Shown: positions 48,584-57,257 of the stretch, piece after piece | How the letters are laid out: the number at the start of each line of letters is the position of its first letter | Position numbering within the stretch: position 1 is the first letter of the stretch | From: Acidobacteriota bacterium | GTDB lineage: Bacteria; Acidobacteriota; UBA6911; RPQK01; JAJDTT01 | DNA: 64,000 bases | Direction: 5' to 3' | Assembly (NCBI GenBank): GCA_965217775.1 | Contig: CBDCJH010000002.1 | Span: 992,001 to 1,056,000, forward strand | The notes under the pieces: model-generated | Databases searched by the model: none | The model's input: the letters and a program-made list of their open reading frames with translations, nothing else | What the model was told of the DNA's origin: nothing | Program-made: the position numbers and the translations under genes

Positions 48584-50239
48584 TCATGGGACGGCTTTCT
48601 CCCGAACCGTCAGGATCTGATTGGCCCTGACGTTGCGGAGACTCTGGAGGATCCCCGAGGGCCAGTGGATTTCCACCAGTTCCGCGACGTCCGAGCCGCC
48701 CAGCCCCAGGTGAACCCTTGGGTCGTGACTGGAAAGGTAACTGGCCGCCCGTTGGACCTCACGGTGGAGCTCCCGGCCCCCGGCCCGGACCCGGAGCCGG
48801 GCCCCCAGTCCATTCCGATTGCTCTCGACCCCCTCCAGCCGGATCAGGAGCCAATTGTTCCGGTTATTCGCGTCGTTGCGCAACAGGTTCACGGGACCGC
48901 CGTTGTTGGTCACCACGATATCCACATCGCCGTCGTTGTCCAGGTCTCCGAAGGCGGCCCCGCGGCTCAGGTCCCGGACCTGAGACCAGGCACCGGCCTC
49001 GCTTGAGGACTCTCGGAAACTGCCCTCCCGATTCTCGTACAGTAGGTTCTCCTGGCGAAAAAAGACGTAATCGCGAAGTTGGTTAATGGTGGGATCGATG
49101 TGGCCGTTGGCGACGAACGCATCCAGGTCTCCGTCGTTGTCGTAGTCGAAGAGACGGGCGCCGAAACCCACCTTGACGTAGCTCTTCTCCAGGATTCCCG
49201 ACTGGTACGTGACCTCGTTGAAGTAACTTCCCGCCCTCCGGAAGAGAGCGTTCCCCTCGTCGGCGAAGTTGGTTACCAGGAGATCCATTTTCCCGTCGCC
49301 GTCGTAGTCGCCGAAGTCGACTCCCATGCCGGCCCGGGGATGACCGTTCTCGTCCAGAGCCACCCCTTGGTCGAAGCCTACCTCCTGGAAGGTGCCGTCC
49401 CGGTTGTTCCGGAAGAGGAAGTCGGCCACCGTGTCGTTGGCCACGAAGACATCCGGATAACCGTCCGGCTCCAGATCGGTGAAGGCGACGCCCAGGGCCT
49501 TGCCGCCCACCTGTCCTATGCCGCTGGATTCGCTCCGGTCCTGAAACTTGCCGTTTCCCAGATTCCGGAACAGCACGCTGGCGTCGGTCTCGAAGGTCGT
49601 GGGGTGGCAGTAGTTCCTACGGTCGGCCGTGTGGCAAGGAGTCTCCTTGCCGGGATCGTAGGCGACGTAGTTGCAGACGAACAGATCCAGGAGGCCGTCC
49701 CGGTCGTAGTCGAAGAATCCGGCGCTGGAGCCCCAGTGGCCCGAGTTTTCCACGCCCGCCCCCCGCGAAACGTCCCGGAAGCGGCCGTCTCCCTGGTTCT
49801 GGAACAGTTGGCTCCGGGGATACCCGGTGACGTAGAGGTCGGGATCGCCGTCGTTGTCGTAGTCACCGGCGGCCGCCCCCATCCCGTAGGTTCGAATCTG
49901 CAGACCCGAGTCGCGGGTCGCGTCCCGAAAGGTGCCGTCCCTCCGGTTCCGAAAGAGCCGGCTGCGGGATTCCTCCGTGTCGCTCGGAGGGATCTGGCTG
50001 CCGGCCACTACGAACAGGTCCAGGTAGCCGTCTCCGTCGAAATCCAGCAGGGCGGCGCCGGAACCCATGATCTCCAACAGGTGATAGCCGCCGCGAGCCC
50101 CGTTGTAGTGTTGATAGTCGATTCCGGCCACTCGTGTCCGGTCGTTGAACCGGGGAACACCCCTTTCCGTCTCCGTCGCTGGTAGTCCGTCTCCGGGCGC
50201 AACCAGGGAGAGGACCAGGAGACAGGGGCCGAATCTCAT
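48584..50239 (-). CDS. CRTAC1 family protein (FG-GAP + ASPIC/UnbV)
   Basis: EIMGSGAALLDFDGDG; AGMGVDFGDYDGDG; SRGAAFGDLDNDGD; VHLGLG; ATGA overlap with the symporter gene. Confidence 0.93.
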   Translation of the reverse strand: MRFGPCLLVLSLVAPGDGLPATETERGVPRFNDRTRVAGIDYQHYNGARGGYHLLEIMGSGAALLDFDGDGYLDLFVVAGSQIPPSDTEESRSRLFRNRRDGTFRDATRDSGLQIRTYGMGAAAGDYDNDGDPDLYVTGYPRSQLFQNQGDGRFRDVSRGAGVENSGHWGSSAGFFDYDRDGLLDLFVCNYVAYDPGKETPCHTADRRNYCHPTTFETDASVLFRNLGNGKFQDRSESSGIGQVGGKALGVAFTDLEPDGYPDVFVANDTVADFLFRNNRDGTFQEVGFDQGVALDENGHPRAGMGVDFGDYDGDGKMDLLVTNFADEGNALFRRAGSYFNEVTYQSGILEKSYVKVGFGARLFDYDNDGDLDAFVANGHIDPTINQLRDYVFFRQENLLYENREGSFRESSSEAGAWSQVRDLSRGAAFGDLDNDGDVDIVVTNNGGPVNLLRNDANNRNNWLLIRLEGVESNRNGLGARLRVRAGGRELHREVQRAASYLSSHDPRVHLGLGGSDVAELVEIHWPSGILQSLRNVRANQILTVREKAVP

Positions 50240-51762
50240 GTCCTGTTTCGATCCCCGAAAGTGAGGCCTTGAATCTGCTCGGACGAGGGCCGGCGGAAGA
50301 GAAAGCCGCCCAGTCCCGCCACGATCATGCCCAAGGTGAAGGAGAAGGGAATTCCCCACATCCAGGAGATGGCCTTCTCCATCCCGAACCATTCCTTGCT
50401 GAAGCTGACGAACAGGGAAACGGACGCCGCCAGGAAAAAGCCCATCAGAATCGCTTGTGGTCCGACCCTGCGAAACAGGATGCCCCCGAAGAAGAGGACG
50501 GCGATGGGGCCCACGAAGACGTCGTTGACCCGGCCGCTCAGGTCCAGGATGTTCCAGTCCGTCCGGCTCATGACCACGGCGATGATGACGGCCACTCCGA
50601 TCCCCACCACGCCGGCTCCGGCGGCCACGCCCTTATCCAGCAGGAGACCCCGCCGGGAGTCTTTCCGCCGATCGGCGAAATGGGTCGTCAGGACGCCCGA
50701 GATGGAGTTGATGGCCGAGCTGAGGCTGGACATGGCCGCCGACAGCAGGGCCGCCATGACCAAACCGGAAACTCCGGTGGGAAGCTGCTGGGCGATGAAG
50801 CGCGGCATCAGCCGGTCTCCCTCGGGAGCGATCTTGGCCTGGAACTCGGCCACCGGCAGGTTGGAGATGTGCGCATAGAAGGCGAACAGGGCCAGGCCGC
50901 AGATCGCCAGGGTGGTGTAGAGGACGACGTTGGACCAGGCATAGACCCAGACCGAGCGCCGCGCCGCCTTGATGGAAGGCGTCGAAAGATACCGCTGGAT
51001 CGCCACCTGGTCGCCGCCGTTGGCGCAGATGTTCCAGAACAGGATGTTGAGCATGATGCCGACGATGGTGATGCGGACCGTGGGATCGAAACTGAAGACC
51101 TGCATCTCGCCTCGCCCCGCTTCGGAGAAGGTCTCCCACCATCCCATGGGGCCCGTCCCCACCAGGTAGTAGACGTAGATGGGGATGGAGAGCGCGCCCG
51201 CCAGCAGGATCCAGAGCTGCAGGTTGTCGGTCCAGATGACGGTCCGAAAGCCACCCACGCTGGTGTAGAAGGTGGTGATGACCCCCAGCAGTATGATGGT
51301 GGTGAACAGGCCCAAGCCCGAAATCTCGGAGAAGGCGAAGCTGGCCGTGTAGATGATGATTCCGGACCAGATCAGGGTCCGGAAGACGAACAGGGTGGAG
51401 GCCAGGGTGCCGGTGCCCCGGTCGAATCTTCGGCCCACGTATTCGTAAGCACTGGTGATCTCGAGCCCCTTGATGGTGGGGATCAGGATCCGGTTCACGA
51501 TGGGGATCACCAGCGGCGCCACGATCAGGCCGAAACAGTAGGCGAATCCGTAACGAATTACCTCTCCCGGGACCGAGAGATAGCTGATGGTGGAGAGGAT
51601 GGTGGCCAGGACGCTGCCTCCGGCCAGAAACCAGAAGACCTTCCGGTCGCCCAGGAAGTACTCGTCACGGGACTTTTGGCGGCGCGAAAAATAGATCCCG
51701 ATGAGGGACAGGCTTCCCATGTAGGCGATGATGACCAGGATATCGATGGGGTTGAGATTCAT
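50236..51762 (-). CDS. Sodium:solute symporter (SiaT/SMVT-like)
   Basis: EYFLGDR; SAYEY..RF; GGFRTVIWTD; DQVAIQRYL; AAMSSLSS; ~13 TM helices. Confidence 0.92.
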   Translation of the reverse strand: MNLNPIDILVIIAYMGSLSLIGIYFSRRQKSRDEYFLGDRKVFWFLAGGSVLATILSTISYLSVPGEVIRYGFAYCFGLIVAPLVIPIVNRILIPTIKGLEITSAYEYVGRRFDRGTGTLASTLFVFRTLIWSGIIIYTASFAFSEISGLGLFTTIILLGVITTFYTSVGGFRTVIWTDNLQLWILLAGALSIPIYVYYLVGTGPMGWWETFSEAGRGEMQVFSFDPTVRITIVGIMLNILFWNICANGGDQVAIQRYLSTPSIKAARRSVWVYAWSNVVLYTTLAICGLALFAFYAHISNLPVAEFQAKIAPEGDRLMPRFIAQQLPTGVSGLVMAALLSAAMSSLSSAINSISGVLTTHFADRRKDSRRGLLLDKGVAAGAGVVGIGVAVIIAVVMSRTDWNILDLSGRVNDVFVGPIAVLFFGGILFRRVGPQAILMGFFLAASVSLFVSFSKEWFGMEKAISWMWGIPFSFTLGMIVAGLGGFLFRRPSSEQIQGLTFGDRNRT

Positions 51763-51805
51763 TTAGCCTTACCTGATGAACGGATGCGTGATATTTGGGG
51801 GCAGA

Positions 51806-52720
51806 TCAGGTGAACTTCTTGAAGTATCCTTCACTCTGGATCACTTCCCGGGCCCACTCCTTCTCCGATTCTGAAACCGGCTTCAGCGGCGGCCGGGGCG
51901 CGCTGGACTGGAGGAAGCCAAAAGCTTCGATCAGCGCCTTGTCCACGGCCACGTCGGTGTAGCCGCGCCGGCTCAGCGGCCAGTAGAGCCGGTCCATGCA
52001 GCGGTCGAACTCCACCTGCATCTCCTCGGCCCGTTCCCAGTCCCGGGACCTGCAGGCCTGGTACCAGGCTTGGGCGAACCGGGGCGCCAGACTGGTCAGC
52101 AGGGAGAAGGCCCCATAGCCGCCCTGCTTCATGGAGGCGACCATCCAATCGTCCAGGCTGAGGTGCCGCAGAGGACTGGAGTGCTCCTGCAGTCCGTCCC
52201 AGAATTCTTGCGTCAACTGCCCCTGCTTCGTGCCCCAGAGGTTGGGCAGATCCAATAAGGCCGCGTATTCACAAGGCTCGAATTTCACCTCCGGGGCGTA
52301 GTTGGTGTTGTAGTGGACGATTCCCAGGGAAGGGCAGGCCTGTGCGATGGCGCGAAGAGCACGGGCGCGCTCCTCGGCGCTCAGGGGAATGAAGTGGGGC
52401 GGGATGGCCAGGACGGCGTCGGCGCCGGCCTCGGCCAGCCACTGGACGGTCTCCAGGATCCCCCCCAGGCGCACCGAGGTCGCCCCCACCACCTTCAGGG
52501 TCTCCGGTCCCGCCTCCTCGACGAAGATCCGCACGGCTCGCCGGTACTCGTCCGGAGAGACATTGAAGAGCTCACCGCTGGTCCCCAACAGGTACATGGC
52601 CTCCAGGCCCTCGTTCCGGTAGGCCCGAATATTGTTCCGGAGGGCGGTCTCGTCCATGCTCCAGTCGGAGCTGAAGCACATGGGAATGTTGGCGATCACA
52701 CCCTGCAATCTTTCTCTCAT
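51806..52720 (-). CDS. Dihydrodipicolinate synthase/N-acetylneuraminate lyase family aldolase
   Basis: GTSGE; GADAVLAIPP; catalytic Tyr (HYNT) and Schiff-base Lys (WGTK). Confidence 0.85.
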   Translation of the reverse strand: MRERLQGVIANIPMCFSSDWSMDETALRNNIRAYRNEGLEAMYLLGTSGELFNVSPDEYRRAVRIFVEEAGPETLKVVGATSVRLGGILETVQWLAEAGADAVLAIPPHFIPLSAEERARALRAIAQACPSLGIVHYNTNYAPEVKFEPCEYAALLDLPNLWGTKQGQLTQEFWDGLQEHSSPLRHLSLDDWMVASMKQGGYGAFSLLTSLAPRFAQAWYQACRSRDWERAEEMQVEFDRCMDRLYWPLSRRGYTDVAVDKALIEAFGFLQSSAPRPPLKPVSESEKEWAREVIQSEGYFKKFT

Positions 52721-54870
52721 GGTGAACCGGTTTCCTTTCCGAGTTCCGCTTCGAGTTGCTCCATCTGCTGGATCAGGAATTCGTCGTCCGGCTTCAACTT
52801 CAGAGCGTTTCGGATGGCAACGGCCGCTTCCCGCAATCGCCCCAGAGAAGCGAGAGACAGGCCCAAATTGACTTGGGCCGCCAGCAGGCCCGGCTCGATC
52901 TCCACCGCCCGGCGAAAGGCCCGGATCGCCTCTTCCACCTTTCCCGTGGCCGCCAACGTCGCCCCCAGGTTGGTGTGGGCGGTGGCCATTTCGGGAGCCA
53001 GCGCAATGGCTCGGCGGAAAGAAGCGATGGCCGGTCCGGCCGCCCTCGCCGCGTATTGTTGAAGACCCAGATTATAGTGAGCGCTGGCGAAATTGGGCTC
53101 AAGACGGATAGCTTCCTGGAAAGCCTTGGTGGCTTGCCTTCCCAGATTCTGCCGGGCCAGGGCCAGGCCCAGGTTGTTGTAGGCATCGGGAAGATCCCGG
53201 TCCAGGCGTAGGGCGGATTGCAAGACCCGTGCGGCCTCCGCCGCCCGACCCGATTCCAACAAGGCATAGCCCAACTGCGTCAGGCTGACCGTGTCGTCCG
53301 GCTTCACCGCGAGGGTGTTTCGAAGCACTGTCAGACCCTGATCCAGCGATCCTTGCCTCGACAGCGCCAGCCACTGGTTGCGCAGGGCCGGCAGGTAGTC
53401 TCGTTGTCTGCGAAGGGCATCCTGGTGGAGGCGGACGGCGTCCTTGAACCTGCCCTCCGCCAAATAGGCGTCCCCCAGCTCGAAGTAAAATCCCGCCTGC
53501 AGAGGGCGTTGGGCCTTCAGGGCTTTTTCCAGCCTGGGAATTCCTGGTTTCAGGTTGGCGTTCTGCTTGACTTGAGCCACCGCTTCGTAGAGTTTGACCT
53601 GACCTGATTCGGCGGGACCCGGCGGATAGTAGCGGATGACCTCTCCCAGGATCACCTCTTGGCGGGATTCGGCCAGCGGCGCCAGCAGGTCGCCCCCGGG
53701 CGGACGGCGGACGATCCGGTGATCGGTCATGACGGCGTGGACCACGTCCTGAGTCCTGCGCCGGGGCATGTGGCAGACCAGGCAGTCCTCGTCCGCCGGG
53801 TGCTCTCCAGAGGCCACCAGTGGTGCGACCTGTTCGGCGTGGCAACGATTGCAGGCATCCCGGGACGCACTTCTCGACTCGGGCGCCGACGCCGGCCGGT
53901 GGGGATCGTGGCAGGTCACGCAGGTGAACCGACCTTCGCTTTCCTGAAAGCAGGACGACCTGAGGAACCGGTATCCGGCGTGATTGACCTCGAACCGCTC
54001 TTCCGCCTCTTCCTGATCCGAAGCGTCGAAGTGAAGGATGTAGTCCGCCAGCGGTTCTCCCGGCCGGTAGGAGAAGACGCCCCGGCCGTAGTTCCGGATC
54101 ATGGCCGGGAGTCCCTTGGTGGTGGACTCCAGGTGGCACTGGAGACACACTTCCAACTGTCTTTGGGGATCCAACCTGGCCGGATTCACGATGGAATTGC
54201 GGATGGCTTCTTTGGAGGCACGGCTGCGAACCGCCTTCAGATGGGCGCCGCCCGGACCATGGCAGCGCTGGCAGTCGATGCCGTTGGGGAGTTCTTCCGG
54301 AAAGAGAGGATCCTTGCCGTTCGCGTCGTCTCCCGGCGGCAGTTGCGGATAGGCGTTGTGGCAGAACATGCAGGAGTAGTCGATCCGCCGGCTGAACCCC
54401 TTGTGATCGGGGCGGTCGTAACCGGGGCTCATACCCCAGTGCCCGCCGTCTTCCGCGTACCAGGCCAGGGGAAGCTGGTAAAGGGCTCCCCAGGGAGTCC
54501 GGTGGAGATAGGTCCGGCCCCGGTTCCCGGAACCCAGGACGTAATGGATCTCTTTCTCCACCCGGTTGATGGTCTTCTCCTTCTCGTTCAACTGGTGCCG
54601 GCTCAAGTAGTAGGAGCCGTTCCTGCGGGCGACCGTGTAGTGCCGGTCGGAGGCCGGGTGGTAGTACGTTGCCTCCTGCTGTTCTTCTCCCAGCGTATTG
54701 GTGGGATCGGGGAGAGAGAAGGCTCGGCCCATCCCCGTGGTCTGGTGAGAGTCGTAGATCTCCTGGTGGCACGCACTGCAGTCTTCACTCGAACCTCCCT
54801 GGGAATAGAGCGGGAGGGAGAGGAGGACCAAGTGGGAGCACCAAACGGCGAAGCAGTGGCGAACATCCAT
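52717..54870 (-). CDS. Multiheme cytochrome c (7 CxxCH) fused to TPR repeats
   Basis: CSACH, CMFCH, CQRCH, CLQCH, CVTCH, CNRCH, CLVCH; TDHRI; ~8 C-terminal TPRs; signal peptide. Confidence 0.9.
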   Translation of the reverse strand: MDVRHCFAVWCSHLVLLSLPLYSQGGSSEDCSACHQEIYDSHQTTGMGRAFSLPDPTNTLGEEQQEATYYHPASDRHYTVARRNGSYYLSRHQLNEKEKTINRVEKEIHYVLGSGNRGRTYLHRTPWGALYQLPLAWYAEDGGHWGMSPGYDRPDHKGFSRRIDYSCMFCHNAYPQLPPGDDANGKDPLFPEELPNGIDCQRCHGPGGAHLKAVRSRASKEAIRNSIVNPARLDPQRQLEVCLQCHLESTTKGLPAMIRNYGRGVFSYRPGEPLADYILHFDASDQEEAEERFEVNHAGYRFLRSSCFQESEGRFTCVTCHDPHRPASAPESRSASRDACNRCHAEQVAPLVASGEHPADEDCLVCHMPRRRTQDVVHAVMTDHRIVRRPPGGDLLAPLAESRQEVILGEVIRYYPPGPAESGQVKLYEAVAQVKQNANLKPGIPRLEKALKAQRPLQAGFYFELGDAYLAEGRFKDAVRLHQDALRRQRDYLPALRNQWLALSRQGSLDQGLTVLRNTLAVKPDDTVSLTQLGYALLESGRAAEAARVLQSALRLDRDLPDAYNNLGLALARQNLGRQATKAFQEAIRLEPNFASAHYNLGLQQYAARAAGPAIASFRRAIALAPEMATAHTNLGATLAATGKVEEAIRAFRRAVEIEPGLLAAQVNLGLSLASLGRLREAAVAIRNALKLKPDDEFLIQQMEQLEAELGKETGSP

Positions 54871-54897
54871 GGATGATGTCGAGTCCGCCCCGGCGGC

Positions 54898-56232
54898 CTA
54901 GAGTTCTGACAGCACTTCGTCCAGGGCTTCCAGCGTGCGGTCGATGTCCGAATCGGTGTGGGCCGCCGAGATGGAGCATTGCTTGGTCGCCACCGGGAAG
55001 AAGTAGATTCCGCGCTCGATCAGGGCGCGCCGCATAACCAAATCCTTGCCGAAATCATGGTTTCCGGCCAGATCGTGCCAGTCCACCGGCTCGTGATCCA
55101 TCAGGTAGAGGCAGAAGGCGGATCCCTGGCGGGCCACCGTCCCCGTGATTCCCCGGGAGCTCAGGATCGACTCGATCCCGGCCTGGCACCGTTGTCCCAG
55201 CCGGTCGATGTGCCGGTAGACGTCGCCGTCGCCTTCCAGGAGGCGCTCGATGGTGGCGATGGCGGCGCTCACCGAGACGGGATGGCCATTGTAGGTCCCG
55301 GAGACGATGGGCCGCTTGGAAGGATCGGGATGGGCGAAATGTTCCAGAAGCTCCCTCTTTCCGCCCAACGCCGAGAAGGGATAGCCGTTGGCCACCGCCT
55401 TGGCGAAGTAGACCAGGTCGGGCTGGACGCCGCTGACCTCGCTGTACCCTCCAACCGAGTAACGGAACCCGGTCTTGACCTCGTCGAAGATGAGCACGAA
55501 ACCGTACTCGTCGGCCAGCTCCCGGAGCCCTTCCAGGTAGCCGGGGACCGGTTTCATGATGCCGATGTTCTGCAGGATGGGCTCGGTCACCAGGGCGGCC
55601 ACATCGTGGCGCTCGCAGACGTAGCGGACCGAATCCAGGTCGTTGAAGTTGATCACGTGCACCAGTTGGGCATGAGCGTCAGGGACCCCGGGTCCCAGCG
55701 GAATGTAGCGGTACTCGCCGGGGGAGACTCGGGGACCGATCTGGTCCAGGGGCGTCAGCACATTGCAGGCCACGTCGTTGTGGGAGCCGTTGAAGCCTCC
55801 CTGCGTCACGATGACATGATCGCGGCCGGTGGCGGCGCGGGCCAGTCGGACGGAGGCCATGGAGGCCTCGGTGCCGGTGTTGAGGAACTCCACCATCTCC
55901 ACCGCCGGGACGTGGGTGCAGAGCATCTCGGCCAAGCGGCCCTCCAACTCGTTGGTACCGCTTCCATACAGGCTCGCTCCGCCGTCGATGGCTTTGCGGA
56001 CCGCTTCGTTGACGTAGGGGTCGTTGTGGCCCAGGACGATGGGAGCGAAGGCCGCGTGGTAGTCCAGATAGCGGTTGCCATCCACGTCCCAGATGTAGGC
56101 TCCCCGGCCCCGGGCAAAGGCCAGGTCGGGCTCCGCCTTGCGGACGATGGAGACCACGCCGCCGGGGATGTAGCGTTCGTTGAAATCCAGCACCTGAGCG
56201 GACTTGGAGCGAATGGCATCGAGGACAGTCAT
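54898..56232 (-). CDS. Class III aminotransferase (glutamate-1-semialdehyde aminomutase-like paralog)
   Basis: WDVDGNRYLDY; NTGTEA; LIFDEVKTGFR; PLP Lys in FAKAVANG; SGTYNG; GGFNG replaces the canonical GCYHG. Confidence 0.88.
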   Translation of the reverse strand: MTVLDAIRSKSAQVLDFNERYIPGGVVSIVRKAEPDLAFARGRGAYIWDVDGNRYLDYHAAFAPIVLGHNDPYVNEAVRKAIDGGASLYGSGTNELEGRLAEMLCTHVPAVEMVEFLNTGTEASMASVRLARAATGRDHVIVTQGGFNGSHNDVACNVLTPLDQIGPRVSPGEYRYIPLGPGVPDAHAQLVHVINFNDLDSVRYVCERHDVAALVTEPILQNIGIMKPVPGYLEGLRELADEYGFVLIFDEVKTGFRYSVGGYSEVSGVQPDLVYFAKAVANGYPFSALGGKRELLEHFAHPDPSKRPIVSGTYNGHPVSVSAAIATIERLLEGDGDVYRHIDRLGQRCQAGIESILSSRGITGTVARQGSAFCLYLMDHEPVDWHDLAGNHDFGKDLVMRRALIERGIYFFPVATKQCSISAAHTDSDIDRTLEALDEVLSEL

Positions 56233-56354
56233 GACGTTACCTTGATTCGTTTCCCTTCGATTGTTAGTTTCCAGACACCTTGTTACTTGTGCATGCTGCG
56301 GGCCGGTCTGTCAAGTGATCCCGCCCGGCGGCGGTGAAGGAGTCGAGCGGCAGG

Positions 56355-57125
56355 ATGTCCCTGGAATCGGCGGTGGCCGTCGTCACGGGAGCGGCGGAGG
56401 GCATGGGCCGGGCCATTGCCTGGAAGCTCGGTAGCGAGGGCGCCCGGGTCGCCGTCTGTGACCGCAACCGGGAGGGTCTCGAAGCCGCTGCCGGACAAAT
56501 GGCGGCGAGCGGGTTCCGGGTCCTGGCCCGGGTCTGCGACGTCAGCGACAACCGGCAGGTGGAAGGGTTCGTCTCCGCAGTCACCGGGGAATGGGGCGGG
56601 ATCCGGATCCTGGTGAACAACGCCGGGATCTCGAAACGGAATCCGATTCTGGAGCCGGGCGACGAGACCTGGCATGAGGTGCTGGCCACCAATCTGACCG
56701 GCGTCTATTACTGCACCCACCGGGCGCTTCCCCATTTCCAGGACGGCGGCCGCATCGTCCACATCTCCTCCATCTCGGGGAAGGTGGGCTCGGCCGAGTA
56801 CAGTGCCTATTGCGCTTCCAAGCATGGGGTAATCGGTCTGACCCGGGCCCTGGCCCTGGAGTTGGCTCCCCGCGGGATCACGGTCAACGCCGTCTGTCCC
56901 GGGTGGGTGCGGACATCCATGGCCCGCAGGGACCTCCAGGAGACCGCCCGCCTCGAGGGCCTGAGCCTTGAAGCCATGCGTCGACGCATTTTGGACGGGA
57001 TCCCCCTGGAAACCATGATCCGTCCCGAGGAGGTGGCCGGTCTGGTGCACTTCCTGGTGTCACCCTCGGGAGCGGCCATCACGGGACAGGCCGTAGACAT
57101 CTCGGCGGGGGAGGTGATGTCTTGA
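56355..57125 (+). CDS. Short-chain dehydrogenase/reductase
   Basis: TGAAEGMG; LVNNAG; YCASKH; VNAVCPGWV. Confidence 0.92.
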   Translation: MSLESAVAVVTGAAEGMGRAIAWKLGSEGARVAVCDRNREGLEAAAGQMAASGFRVLARVCDVSDNRQVEGFVSAVTGEWGGIRILVNNAGISKRNPILEPGDETWHEVLATNLTGVYYCTHRALPHFQDGGRIVHISSISGKVGSAEYSAYCASKHGVIGLTRALALELAPRGITVNAVCPGWVRTSMARRDLQETARLEGLSLEAMRRRILDGIPLETMIRPEEVAGLVHFLVSPSGAAITGQAVDISAGEVMS

Positions 57126-57129
57126 GACG

Positions 57130-57199
57130 AGGAGGGGGGACATCCCTGTCCCCCTCTTCAACACCGCCCCGGAACCGGGGGTTGCAAACCCCCGCTCCA
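57130..57199. repeat. REPIN (inverted REP doublet)
   Basis: AGGAGGGGGGACATCCCTGTCCCCCTC ... CGGGGGTTGCAAACCCCCGCTCCA; twin of 38080-38150. Confidence 0.75.
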
Positions 57200-57257
57200 A
57201 CACGCCCTTTTTCTGCGTGGATTGCGCCGGCCCGCGGCCGGCGGAGGACTTCCAAAA

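Noticed and set aside
51806-52720. Calling the aldolase dapA or nanA
   Set aside because: Only the family-level catalytic residues are recognisable; the substrate cannot be determined from sequence alone.
54898-56232. Calling the aminotransferase hemL
   Set aside because: It lacks the canonical GCYHG motif and has no tetrapyrrole gene context; treated as a paralog.
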